64,000 nucleotides of DNA from an uncultured Eubacteriales bacterium. GTDB taxonomy: Bacteria > Bacillota > Peptococcia > Peptococcales > SKKY01. Of this stretch, positions 39,228 through 48,819 are shown in pieces. Location of the stretch: the NCBI GenBank assembly GCA_964642925.1, contig CAZXPJ010000004.1, forward strand, positions 15,420 through 79,419. Direction: 5' to 3'. The translations under genes were made by a program, and so were the position numbers. Within the stretch, counting starts at the first letter, position 1. Each line of letters opens with the position of its first letter. The notes under the pieces are model-generated. The model was given only the letters and a program-made list of their open reading frames with translations, had not been told where the DNA came from and did no database searches.

Positions 39228-40595
39228 TTATATCATCTTTTGAAGTTTTTTTATGTTTTTCCCATAGGGTGGATATCTTAAATCAAAATCCGGTTTAAAG
39301 CTTTTATTTAAAATGCTTTTTTTGTGGCTAAAAGTTTCAAAAGAATATTTCCCATGGTAACTTCCCATGCCACTATCGCCAACTCCCCCAAAAGGCATCT
39401 CGTCACTAGCTAAGTGCAGTATTGTATCGTTAATGCAACCACCACCAAAAGATATTTCTTGCAATATAAAGTCAATATTTTTATCACTTTTTGTAAAAAG
39501 ATACAAAGCTAGAGCTTTTGGGCGTTTTTTTATTTCTTCACTAATATGGGCTAAACTTTCAAATTCCATAATTGGTAAAAGAGGTCCAAATATTTCTTCT
39601 TTCATAATAGGATGATCCCAGTTTTTAATTTCCAGTAATGTAGGTTCCATATATTTTTCCTGTAAATCATAATTACCACCAAATAATACTTCCTCTTTGT
39701 TCAAAAAACCAACTAATCTTGATAAATGTTTTTCTGTGATAATTCTTCCATAATCTGGGCTTTTTTTAGGATACTCACCATAAAAATCCCGGATGCTTTT
39801 TATCATGTATTTAATAAGTTTTTTCTTTACACTTTTATGAACATAAAGATAATCAGGAGCAATACAAGTTTGCCCAGCATTAGTAAATTTACCCCAAACG
39901 ATTCTCTTTGCTGCTATTTTTAAATCACTGTCTTTACAAACTATAGTTGGGCTTTTGCCACCTAATTCTAGGGTTATAGGAGTGAGATGTTCCGCTGCTG
40001 CCTTCATAACAATTTTTCCAACCTGAGTACTTCCTGTGAAAAATATATAGTCAAATTTAAGTTCTAGTAAAAAGGAAGTTTCTGGAACTCCACCTTGTAT
40101 TATACTTACGTGTTCCTCTCTAAAAGTTTTTTTAATAATATTTTCAATTAGCTCAGAAGTATTAACAGAAAACTCGGAAGGTTTTACTAAAACAGTATTA
40201 CCTGCAGCAATAGCCCCAACAAGAGGCAAGAAGGTTAATTGGAAAGGGTAATTCCAAGGAGATATGATCAAAACATGCCCGTAGGGTTCAGAATAAATTT
40301 CTCCCTTACTTTTAAAAGTAATAAGAGGAGTACTTACTTTTTTTGTTTCCATTAACTTTTTAAGGTTTTTTATAAAGAAATCTATTTCACCAATAACCAT
40401 ATTATATTCTGTTAAAAAAGATTCTTCAGAAGACTTACCTAAATCTTTATAAAGGGCTTGATATATTTCTTCCTCATTTTTTTTTATTGATTTTTTTAAG
40501 CTCTTCAAACTTTCGATTCTAAATTTATATTCTTTTCCTTCTCCTTTGCTAGCAAAAAGTCTTTGTTTTTCCACTAGTTTTTTTATATGATCCAT
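39228..40595 (-). CDS. NAD(P)+ aldehyde dehydrogenase (class 3-like)
   Basis: ELGGKSP and GQTCIAPDY (catalytic Cys) motifs. 455 aa. Confidence 0.85.
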   Translation of the reverse strand: MDHIKKLVEKQRLFASKGEGKEYKFRIESLKSLKKSIKKNEEEIYQALYKDLGKSSEESFLTEYNMVIGEIDFFIKNLKKLMETKKVSTPLITFKSKGEIYSEPYGHVLIISPWNYPFQLTFLPLVGAIAAGNTVLVKPSEFSVNTSELIENIIKKTFREEHVSIIQGGVPETSFLLELKFDYIFFTGSTQVGKIVMKAAAEHLTPITLELGGKSPTIVCKDSDLKIAAKRIVWGKFTNAGQTCIAPDYLYVHKSVKKKLIKYMIKSIRDFYGEYPKKSPDYGRIITEKHLSRLVGFLNKEEVLFGGNYDLQEKYMEPTLLEIKNWDHPIMKEEIFGPLLPIMEFESLAHISEEIKKRPKALALYLFTKSDKNIDFILQEISFGGGCINDTILHLASDEMPFGGVGDSGMGSYHGKYSFETFSHKKSILNKSFKPDFDLRYPPYGKNIKKLQKMI

Positions 40596-40610
40596 GAAAT
40601 TTCATCTCCT

Positions 40611-41303
40611 TTAAAAGAAAAATCTTAAGACAAAGGGAGCCAGTAAAGCGGTAAAAAACCCAGTTAAACCAATGGCTAGACCACTCATCCCACCTTGCAC
40701 CTCTCCCATTTCAATAGCCTTAGTTGTCCCTAGGGCATGGGAAGATGTACCAATACTTATTCCTTGTGCTACTTTATCTGTTATCCTTGCAAATAATAGT
40801 ATTTTCTCAGAAAGAACTGCTCCAATTATTCCTGTTACTACTATTGATATTACAGTAATTGAAGTAATTCCACCTAAAGATTCAGCCACTTCTATTCCAA
40901 TGGGCATAGTAACGGATTTGGGTAAAAGAGAAGCTGTTAGTTCTTGATTAAAATTAAACAACTTACTTAAAAACCCAATAGATAGTAAAGCAAAAATAGA
41001 ACCTGAAAACACTCCAATTATTATAGGTAACAAATTTTTTTTAAGTAAGTTTATTTGTCTATATAAGGGAACGGCTAGAACAACGGTGGCAGGACCTAGA
41101 AGGAAGTGAATAAAGTCTCCACCGACTTTATAGTTTTCATAAGGGATTTTGAAGATTAATAAGATTAAAACTATAGCTGATATCCCAGTTAGCAATGGAT
41201 TGTTCAAAGCATAATTATACCTTTGCTTAAGAAAAACCATGACCCTATATACTACAAGAGTTAAAAATATTCCAAATACCGGGTTATTAGTTATCTCTAT
41301 CAT
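40611..41303 (-). CDS. lrgB: LrgB/CidB family membrane protein
   Basis: 230-aa polytopic protein. Overlaps the LrgA-like gene by 17 nt. Confidence 0.8.
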   Translation of the reverse strand: MIEITNNPVFGIFLTLVVYRVMVFLKQRYNYALNNPLLTGISAIVLILLIFKIPYENYKVGGDFIHFLLGPATVVLAVPLYRQINLLKKNLLPIIIGVFSGSIFALLSIGFLSKLFNFNQELTASLLPKSVTMPIGIEVAESLGGITSITVISIVVTGIIGAVLSEKILLFARITDKVAQGISIGTSSHALGTTKAIEMGEVQGGMSGLAIGLTGFFTALLAPFVLRFFF

Positions 41304-41649
41304 TTTTTATCACCCTTTGAGAAAATTGGACTATATATCCAGTAAAAACCATAATTAAAACTGTTGAAACAAAAACCACTATAATAAATTCTATTACTTT
41401 TCCCTGTAAAAGATTATAATGTTTCATTATCCCAACACCAGCAGGAATAAAAAGTACTGTTAAATTATTTAGTAAAAAATCACTTACTTTTTCTATATGA
41501 TTTAATTTAATTATTCCTAAAAGCATTAAAAAAAACAAAAGCATCATTCCAATAACATTTCCCGGCAAAACTAAAGCAAAGAATTTATTTATAAATTCTC
41601 CTGTGAATAAAATTCCAAAAATTATTGATAATTCTTTTAATATATCCAA
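41287..41649 (-). CDS. lrgA: LrgA/CidA family membrane protein
   Basis: 120 aa with 4 TM helices, paired with lrgB. Confidence 0.8.
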   Translation of the reverse strand: MDILKELSIIFGILFTGEFINKFFALVLPGNVIGMMLLFFLMLLGIIKLNHIEKVSDFLLNNLTVLFIPAGVGIMKHYNLLQGKVIEFIIVVFVSTVLIMVFTGYIVQFSQRVIKNDRDN

Positions 41650-41675
41650 TTTTTACTACTCCTATTTCTAATTAA

Positions 41676-42743
41676 TTATATTTCTATTAATTCATATTCC
41701 TTATTTCCTAGGCCTATCTCATCGCCATAGTTTATTTGTATCTCCCCTAAAGTTTCTTTTCTTAATGTTTTAAATTTATCTGCTCCACCCTTGTTTATTA
41801 AATCCAAACTAGCTTTATCAATGGCCACAGGATCTGTTGAAGCTAGAATACCAATATCCGGAACTATTGAAGCATCACTCCAGGGAACACAATCGCAATC
41901 AGGAGTAATATTTAACAAGAAATTTAAATAAATTACTTTCCCCTTCTTATTTTTTACTGCAGAATAAGCATATTCTACCATTTTTTCTGTAAAATCTAAT
42001 AACTCTTCTGACCAATTTAAAACTATAGCCTTAGTAGGGCAAACCGTCATACATTCACCACAACCCACACAGAGAAACTCATCAATTATGGCTTTTCTAT
42101 TAACTAGAGTTATAGCATCTTCAGGGCATACCCTGACACAGTCCCCGCAGCCTATACATAAAGAGTGATCTGCAACAGGACGGGTTGAATGCTGCTCTTT
42201 TTTTCCTTTAGGATTTGTACAACCCATAGCTAGATTTTTAATAGCACCACCAAATCCTGCCATGCCATGTCCCTTAAAATGGGATAATACAACCATACTA
42301 TCCGCTTCTTCAATAGTTCCAGCTATAAATGCTTTTTTAAAATGTTTTAGGTTAACTTCCACCTCTTTATAGTTTTCTCCCATTATTCCATCAGCAATCA
42401 TTATAGGAGCGTTAACAGATGCATAGCTAAAACCATGTTTTAAGGCTGTTTCAAGGTGATCTACCCCATTCTTTCTACTACCTAGGTAAAGTGTGTTAGT
42501 ATCAGTTAGGAAGGGTTTAGCACCAGTTTCCTTTAATAAATCCACTATTTGTCTAGCAAAGATGGGGTTAAGGAAAGTGTCATTACCCATTTCTCCAAAA
42601 TGTAGCTTCACAGCTACTAAGTCTCTTTTTTCTGCAAAATCTTCTGTTACTACTTTTTTATACAATTTTTTAATCTTAGATATTTTATTTTCACTATGTC
42701 TCCTTGCCTTAATACTAGAAAAATAAACCTTACTTTTCATCAT
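41676..42743 (-). CDS. DUF362 protein with inserted 2x[4Fe-4S] ferredoxin domain
   Basis: CIGCGDCVRVCP and CVGCGECMTVCP motifs within a DUF362-like frame. 355 aa. Confidence 0.7.
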   Translation of the reverse strand: MMKSKVYFSSIKARRHSENKISKIKKLYKKVVTEDFAEKRDLVAVKLHFGEMGNDTFLNPIFARQIVDLLKETGAKPFLTDTNTLYLGSRKNGVDHLETALKHGFSYASVNAPIMIADGIMGENYKEVEVNLKHFKKAFIAGTIEEADSMVVLSHFKGHGMAGFGGAIKNLAMGCTNPKGKKEQHSTRPVADHSLCIGCGDCVRVCPEDAITLVNRKAIIDEFLCVGCGECMTVCPTKAIVLNWSEELLDFTEKMVEYAYSAVKNKKGKVIYLNFLLNITPDCDCVPWSDASIVPDIGILASTDPVAIDKASLDLINKGGADKFKTLRKETLGEIQINYGDEIGLGNKEYELIEI

Positions 42744-42864
42744 ATTTTCTCCTTCTTTTTTGATTTATTAAATATCTTACCCAAAAACCGAAAGAAAAAA
42801 AACCCTCTGAAATTACCACCTTTGTTCATTTGTGTTTTCTTTGCTATTTTGAAACTAATAATAG

Positions 42865-42910
42865 AAAAAGCTCCTATAAAAATACCTTAAGGTTTTTTGT
42901 AGGAGCCTTT
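42865..42910 (-). terminator. intrinsic terminator after thrC
   Basis: Long hairpin. Minus strand reads GCTCCTACAAAAAACC-ttaa-GGTATTTTTATAGGAGC followed by TTTTTC. Confidence 0.75.
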
Positions 42911-42922
42911 TTCATTAGATAT

Positions 42923-44413
42923 TCATGTAATAATTTCTTTTATAATATCTTTTAATTCATTTATATCTACTACTTTACTATGCTTTATTTCTTTTTTATC
43001 AAGATCCTTTAACCCGGGGTGTACTGCCATCCCAGTATACTCAGACAAGTCTTCAAGAATTTGAAACTCATCTTTATTCTCAATTTCTTCTGCTCCTTTT
43101 AGAGCTTCATAAACACTTTTGTTAAACTTATAAGGATTTGCTGTAGCATCTGCAATAGTATAAGTTCCTTTATCTTTAGTCCTTGCTAGGTATTTTTCAT
43201 AAACTTTGATCCCTACTGCTGTATGAGTATCTAAAAGATAATTATAGCTTTCAAAAAATGATTTTATAGTCTCTAAAGTTTCTTTTTCAGTAGCATAATC
43301 ACCATAAAGTTCCCCTTGAATTTTTTCCAAATTTCTCATTCCTAGCTGAAAAAAGCCCATTTCTTGAAGGTCTCTCATTATTTCATTTATTAACTTATCA
43401 TCTTTACCAGTAATCTCATAAATAAATCTTTCAAGATTACTAGATATTAAGATATCCATAGAAGGAGAGTTGGTCTCTATAAATCCTCTTTTAATATCAT
43501 ATTTTCCTGTATTTATAAAATCTGTAAGAATATTATTAATATTAGATGCACAAATCAATTTATTTATAGGAAGACCCATTCGCCCAGCATACCAAGCTGC
43601 AAAAATATTGCCAAAATTTCCTGTAGGAATAACAATATTTATTTTATCTCCTAAAGAAATTTCCTCTTTTCCTACTAAATCTGCATAAGCCTTGAAATAA
43701 TATACAATCTGAGGTAGTAATCTACCCCAATTTATTGAATTGGCAGAAGATAATTCCGTATTTAATTCTAAAAGCTCTGCCTTATAATCCTCATCAGAGA
43801 ATATTTCTTTTACCTTACTTTGGCAATCATCAAAATTACCCTTTACTGCCAATACATAGGTGTTGTCTCCGTCTGTAGTTGTCATTTGCAATTCTTGCAC
43901 TTTACTTACTCTTTCATGAGGGTAAAGACAAATTATCTTTATTCCAGGAATATTTTTAAAACCTTCTAAGGCCGCTTTACCTGTATCTCCAGAAGTTGCA
44001 GCTAAAATAAGAAGGTCTTTTTTATATCCTAGTTTTTCCAAAGATTTTTTCATTAAATAAGGAAGCATCTGAAGGGCCATATCTTTAAATGCTGCTGTGG
44101 GACCATGCCACAACTCTAAGATTGATAATTTTTCTCTAATCTTCTTTAAAGGAGCGATATCCTCTGTCCCAAAAACTTCCTTATTATAAACTGTAGATGT
44201 TATCTTTGCTATTTCTTCAGAGCTAAATTCAGGTAAGAAAAGGTTAAATACTTTTTCAGCCATTTGAGCGTAAGAAAGATTAAGTACTTTATCTACATCC
44301 AATTTAGGAATTTCATCTGGGACAAAAAGCCCTCCTTTTGGAACCATACCTGTTTTTATAGCTTCAGCGGCTTCTACTTTTTTATGATTTCCTCTTGTAC
44401 TTTGGTATAGCAT
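42923..44413 (-). CDS. thrC: threonine synthase (long form)
   Basis: 496 aa. PLP-lysine region PTAAFKDMALQ and SGDTGKA. Confidence 0.9.
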   Translation of the reverse strand: MLYQSTRGNHKKVEAAEAIKTGMVPKGGLFVPDEIPKLDVDKVLNLSYAQMAEKVFNLFLPEFSSEEIAKITSTVYNKEVFGTEDIAPLKKIREKLSILELWHGPTAAFKDMALQMLPYLMKKSLEKLGYKKDLLILAATSGDTGKAALEGFKNIPGIKIICLYPHERVSKVQELQMTTTDGDNTYVLAVKGNFDDCQSKVKEIFSDEDYKAELLELNTELSSANSINWGRLLPQIVYYFKAYADLVGKEEISLGDKINIVIPTGNFGNIFAAWYAGRMGLPINKLICASNINNILTDFINTGKYDIKRGFIETNSPSMDILISSNLERFIYEITGKDDKLINEIMRDLQEMGFFQLGMRNLEKIQGELYGDYATEKETLETIKSFFESYNYLLDTHTAVGIKVYEKYLARTKDKGTYTIADATANPYKFNKSVYEALKGAEEIENKDEFQILEDLSEYTGMAVHPGLKDLDKKEIKHSKVVDINELKDIIKEIIT

Positions 44414-44441
44414 CTTCTCTCCCCTTTGTAATATTTTTCTA

Positions 44442-45476
44442 TTATTTACTAGTTACTTCTGTCCATATCTTATTATAAACTGAAATAAAATCTCCTGGAT
44501 CTCTAAATATTTCACAATTATCTATTACTGATTGGTCTGGATAAGCTACATGACTATTAATAATCTCCTCGGGAAGTAATTCTAAAGCAGTTTCATTAGG
44601 TGTCGAATAACCAATATACTCAGAATTTCTTGCCGCAATTTCAGGATCTGTCATAAAATTAATAAACAAATGTGCTGCGTCAGGATTTTTTGCATTTTCC
44701 GGTATAACCATTCCATCTACCCAGAAATTACTTCCTTCTTTAGGAACAACATACTCAAAATGATCCCCACCTAAGATTACATCCATGGCATCTCCTGACC
44801 AAGCTACGGCAAGAGCTCCTTCTCCAGATAACATTTTATCTCTAATCTCATCAACAATATATGCTAATACAAGAGGCTTCTGCTTTATTAATTCAGATTT
44901 AGCTTCTTCTAGTTCCTCTTCATTTCTGGTATTCATTGAATAACCAAGTCTTTTAAGAGCCACAGCTAAAGAGTCTCTTTGAGAATCCATCATTAATATT
45001 TTATTGGCATACTTTTCATTCCATAAAATATCCCAGCTATCAACCTCATCATCTACCAAGTTAGTATTGTATAAAATACCAACTGTACCCCAGAAATATG
45101 GTACTGAATATTGATTATCAGTATCATAAATAAGATTTAAAAAGGTTGGAGATATATGTGAATAATTCGGTATTTTTGTAAAATCTAGGGGCTGTAGAAG
45201 TCCCTCTCCAGACATTTTTTCAATCATATAATCAGATGGAATAAGTACATCATAGGTTGATCCTCCGGATTTTACTTTTACATACATATCTTCATTTGTT
45301 GAAAATATTTCATAATTAACCTTAATTCCTGTTTCTTTTTCAAACTCATTTATTAAATCCAAATCAATGTATTCACCCCAGTTAAATACATTAAGAACCT
45401 CTTTCTTTTCTCCACCACATCCTGATAACATTAAAACGGTAGCAATAACTATTATTAAAAAAATCTTTTTTTTCAA
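44442..45476 (-). CDS. potD: spermidine/putrescine ABC transporter substrate-binding lipoprotein
   Basis: Lipobox LSGCGG. PotD-like length and context. Confidence 0.85.
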   Translation of the reverse strand: MKKKIFLIIVIATVLMLSGCGGEKKEVLNVFNWGEYIDLDLINEFEKETGIKVNYEIFSTNEDMYVKVKSGGSTYDVLIPSDYMIEKMSGEGLLQPLDFTKIPNYSHISPTFLNLIYDTDNQYSVPYFWGTVGILYNTNLVDDEVDSWDILWNEKYANKILMMDSQRDSLAVALKRLGYSMNTRNEEELEEAKSELIKQKPLVLAYIVDEIRDKMLSGEGALAVAWSGDAMDVILGGDHFEYVVPKEGSNFWVDGMVIPENAKNPDAAHLFINFMTDPEIAARNSEYIGYSTPNETALELLPEEIINSHVAYPDQSVIDNCEIFRDPGDFISVYNKIWTEVTSK

Positions 45477-46258
45477 TTAACACCCTCCTCTTTTTTTCCA
45501 GTATTCATTCTCTTATTTATAATAAGAAGAAGAACTAACACTACTATGAATAAGATAGTTGACACTGCGTTTATTTTTGGGTTAATACCTCTTCGAGCCA
45601 TTGAATAAATGGCTATAGGTAAGGTATTAACCCCTGAGCCTGTTGTAAAAAAACTAACTACGAAATCATCCAGAGACATGGTAAAAGCCAATAAGGCTCC
45701 GGTAAAAACTCCTGGCATAATTTGGGGCAGAATTACCTTCCTAATTGCTTGCCAAGGTGTTGCACCTAAATCAATGGCCGCTTCAAATAAATATTTATTT
45801 AGCTGACTAATTTTAGGTAGAACAGATAATACAACATAGGGAGTAGAAAAAGTTATATGAGCCAATAGTAGGGAAAAATATCCTAACTTTATCTTTGTAA
45901 AAATAAACAAAATCATAAGGGATATTCCAATTAAAATATCTGGGCTTACCACAGGAATATAGTTCAGATTCATAATTACCTTCTTCTTTAATCCTTTAAT
46001 ATTACTTAGACCTATAGCAGCAATAGTTCCCAATATAGTTGCTATGATCGTAGTTAAAATAGCAATAGTTACTGTATTATAAACTGCTTGTACTATTATT
46101 CTGTCATCCAAGAGTTCTAAGTACCATCTAAAACTAAAACCATCCCATTGTCCCCGATAACGAGAATTATTGAAAGAAAAAAAGATTAAGACGGCTATTG
46201 GAGCATATAGAAATAAGAATACTAGAAAGGCATAAATTCTGCTTACATATTTATTCAT
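45473..46258 (-). CDS. potC: spermidine/putrescine ABC transporter permease
   Basis: 261 aa with an EAA-loop region (AAIDLGATPWQ). Confidence 0.85.
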   Translation of the reverse strand: MNKYVSRIYAFLVFLFLYAPIAVLIFFSFNNSRYRGQWDGFSFRWYLELLDDRIIVQAVYNTVTIAILTTIIATILGTIAAIGLSNIKGLKKKVIMNLNYIPVVSPDILIGISLMILFIFTKIKLGYFSLLLAHITFSTPYVVLSVLPKISQLNKYLFEAAIDLGATPWQAIRKVILPQIMPGVFTGALLAFTMSLDDFVVSFFTTGSGVNTLPIAIYSMARRGINPKINAVSTILFIVVLVLLLIINKRMNTGKKEEGVN

Positions 46259-47076
46259 CAGAATATACTCCTTTCATCATCTTCTTTTTCAACTTTTCTT
46301 AAAATATAGACAAAAATTAAAATAAAACTCATCATAATTATCGAAAGGGCAGAACCAAAGTACCAATCATTAACTAGAAGAAATTGTTGCTCAATTAAAT
46401 TACCAATCAGGGTAACTTTTCCTCCACCTAATAATCTTGAAATTGCAAAAGTAGATACAGCTGGCATAAAGGTCATTATAGCCCCTGATATCACTCCAGG
46501 AAGACTTAATGGAAAAATCACTTTCGTAAAAACACTTTTTTTATTTGCTCCTAAGTCCTCTGCAGCTTCTAAGAGATTTTTATCTATTTTTACTAGTACT
46601 GAGTAAATAGGAAAAACCATAAAAGGTAAGAAGTTGTAAACCATACCTAAGACAACTGCTGAAGAATTATAAATAAGATTTAATGGAGCAAAACCCAGCC
46701 TCTGCAAAAGAGTATTTATTAACCCTGTATTTTCAAGTATTGTCATCCAAGCATAAGTTCTAAGAAGAAAGTTCATCCACATGGGTATTACGAATAATAA
46801 TACCCAAAAATTTCTTTTTTCTTCTTTCATATTGGAAATTATCCATGCCATTGGATAACCTACGAAAAGACAAATGATGGTTGAAATTAATGATAATTTT
46901 ATAGATTTTACAAAAACCTGCACGTATATTGGGTCAAAAAATCTATGGTAATTATCCAATGTCAGCATAGAACCATCTTTTGTCGAAAAACTGTAAAACA
47001 AAACAAGAAAAAGAGGGATGAAGATGAAAATGAAGAGCCATATAATATATGGATATGCTAAGTAATTTTTTTTCAT
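46258..47076 (-). CDS. potB: spermidine/putrescine ABC transporter permease
   Basis: 272 aa with an EAA loop (AAEDLGANKKS). Confidence 0.85.
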   Translation of the reverse strand: MKKNYLAYPYIIWLFIFIFIPLFLVLFYSFSTKDGSMLTLDNYHRFFDPIYVQVFVKSIKLSLISTIICLFVGYPMAWIISNMKEEKRNFWVLLFVIPMWMNFLLRTYAWMTILENTGLINTLLQRLGFAPLNLIYNSSAVVLGMVYNFLPFMVFPIYSVLVKIDKNLLEAAEDLGANKKSVFTKVIFPLSLPGVISGAIMTFMPAVSTFAISRLLGGGKVTLIGNLIEQQFLLVNDWYFGSALSIIMMSFILIFVYILRKVEKEDDERSIF

Positions 47077-47078
47077 TA

Positions 47079-48119
47079 TTATCCCAACCTTTTCATTACA
47101 TGAAAACTTTCTGGCTCAATTTCTATAGAAACTTCTTGACCTGCTTCATACATTTTCGTGGAATGAACCATCCACTCAAAACCTTCAGTAGAAACATTCA
47201 TTTCGTAATGAACCCCTTTAAATATTACAGAAGTTACAACTCCACTGATTTTTGTCTTTTCAGATATCTTGTTTAATATAATATCTTCAGGTCTGACAAC
47301 AATATCCACTTCTTCATTGCGGGAAAAACCTTTATCAACACATTCAAATGTTTTATTATTAAATTCTAAAAGGTAATCTTCAATCATAACCCCTGGGAAA
47401 ATATTTCCCTCACCAATAAAATCCGCCACAAATACATTACTTGGTTCATTATAAATATCTACAGGAGTACCGATTTGTTGAATAGTTCCCTGGTTCATTA
47501 CTATTATTTTATCCGACATTGTTAGAGCTTCTTCTTGATCATGGGTAACATAAATAAAAGTAATACCAATTTCTTTCTGAATTTTTTTTAACTCTGTTTG
47601 CATCTCTTTTCTTAACTTTAAATCCAAAGCCCCTAGAGGTTCATCTAGGAGGAGTACTTCCGGTTCGTTAACTAAAGCTCTAGCTATAGCTACCCTTTGT
47701 TGTTGCCCCCCAGATAAAGAGGAAATTTTTCTATTTTCAAAGCCTTTTAAATTAACAATTTTCAAGGCATTATTTACTTTCTCTTTAATAACATCTTCAC
47801 TTGTTTTCTTTATCCTTAAACCAAAGGCAATATTTTCACCTATATCCAAATGAGGAAAAAGAGCATAACTTTGGAAAACAGTATTTAATTTCCTTTTATG
47901 AGGAGCTAAATTATTAATTATTTCTCCAGAAAAAAGAAGGTCTCCTGAAGTTTGAGTTTCAAATCCTGCAATAATTCTTAAAGTTGTTGTTTTCCCACAT
48001 CCTGACGGTCCAAGAAGTGTGAGAAATTCATTTTTTTCTACTTTAAAAGAGACATCTTTTAAAATATGGTCCTCCTCATAGTATTTATTAATATTTATAA
48101 GCTCGATTATGTTAGCCAA
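47079..48119 (-). CDS. potA: spermidine/putrescine ABC transporter ATPase
   Basis: Walker [10 protein letters not shown], signature LSGGQQQR and a C-terminal TOBE-like domain. Confidence 0.9.
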   Translation of the reverse strand: MANIIELININKYYEEDHILKDVSFKVEKNEFLTLLGPSGCGKTTTLRIIAGFETQTSGDLLFSGEIINNLAPHKRKLNTVFQSYALFPHLDIGENIAFGLRIKKTSEDVIKEKVNNALKIVNLKGFENRKISSLSGGQQQRVAIARALVNEPEVLLLDEPLGALDLKLRKEMQTELKKIQKEIGITFIYVTHDQEEALTMSDKIIVMNQGTIQQIGTPVDIYNEPSNVFVADFIGEGNIFPGVMIEDYLLEFNNKTFECVDKGFSRNEEVDIVVRPEDIILNKISEKTKISGVVTSVIFKGVHYEMNVSTEGFEWMVHSTKMYEAGQEVSIEIEPESFHVMKRLG

Positions 48120-48137
48120 AATCAGCCCTCCTTATTT

Positions 48138-48677
48138 TTAGAAATATGGTGGTGTGGAGATCCAAAGTACTTTTGCTCCCGTCTTACCCTCGTTACTAAT
48201 ATAATTAATAGCATTAGTTTTATAGTAAAAACATTCTCCTTTTTTTACCTTAAACTTTTTTTTACCTACATAAACACTTACATTTCCAGAAAGAACATAA
48301 CCAAATTTTTCTCCTTCATGAGGATTGTAAAGCTGACTAGAGCCGTTGGGCTTTAACTCCAAAAGAATTGGTTCCATTTGGTTCTTTTGAGAACTTGGAA
48401 CTATCCAAGTTACGGTATTCATAAGTTCTTGATTTTCCTGAATAAAATAATCTTCTTTTGTGAATACTATTTTTTCTTCTTCCGCTTCATTAAAAAAGTC
48501 TTTTAGATTCGTGCCTAGGCACTCCATTATATCTACAAGAGTTGCCATTGATGGAGATGTAAGGTCCCGTTCTAGTTGAGAAATAAAACCTTTAGTCAGT
48601 TCACAGCGGTTGGCAAGTTCTTCCTGGGTCATTTCCTTTGTGGTTCTGAGTCTTCGTATTTTTTCTCCGATTTTCAT
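48138..48677 (-). CDS. XRE-family HTH + cupin domain regulator (PuuR-like)
   Basis: N-terminal HTH (IRRLRTTKEMTQEELA) and a C-terminal cupin. ATG at 48677 follows AGAGGGA. Confidence 0.8.
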   Translation of the reverse strand: MKIGEKIRRLRTTKEMTQEELANRCELTKGFISQLERDLTSPSMATLVDIMECLGTNLKDFFNEAEEEKIVFTKEDYFIQENQELMNTVTWIVPSSQKNQMEPILLELKPNGSSQLYNPHEGEKFGYVLSGNVSVYVGKKKFKVKKGECFYYKTNAINYISNEGKTGAKVLWISTPPYF

Positions 48678-48735
48678 AAGATCCCTCTTTCTAGTATTAA
48701 ACAAAAAGTTTATTTGTACTAAACTTCCCTTTAAA

Positions 48736-48764
48736 ATTATATTAATAAGGGTTTAGATTGTCAA
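48736..48764 (-). promoter_or_regulatory. sigma-A type promoter of the regulator-potABCD string
   Basis: Minus strand reads TTGACA (48759-48764), a 17-nt spacer, then TATAAT (48736-48741). Confidence 0.6.
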
Positions 48765-48774
48765 TAAGTCTAGA

Positions 48775-48810
48775 CAAAAAAATGAGAAAAGAATTATCTT
48801 TTCTCATTTT
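48775..48810 (-). terminator. intrinsic terminator after the flavodiiron gene
   Basis: Perfect 11-bp stem ATGAGAAAAGA / TCTTTTCTCAT with a 4-nt loop, flanked by A and T runs. Confidence 0.8.
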
Positions 48811-48819
48811 TAGCGTTTT

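Noticed and set aside
42696-42890. A 64-aa plus-strand ORF in the thrC/DUF362 intergenic region.
   Set aside because: It overlaps the start of the DUF362 gene and the thrC terminator hairpin. It has no SD and a low-complexity product.
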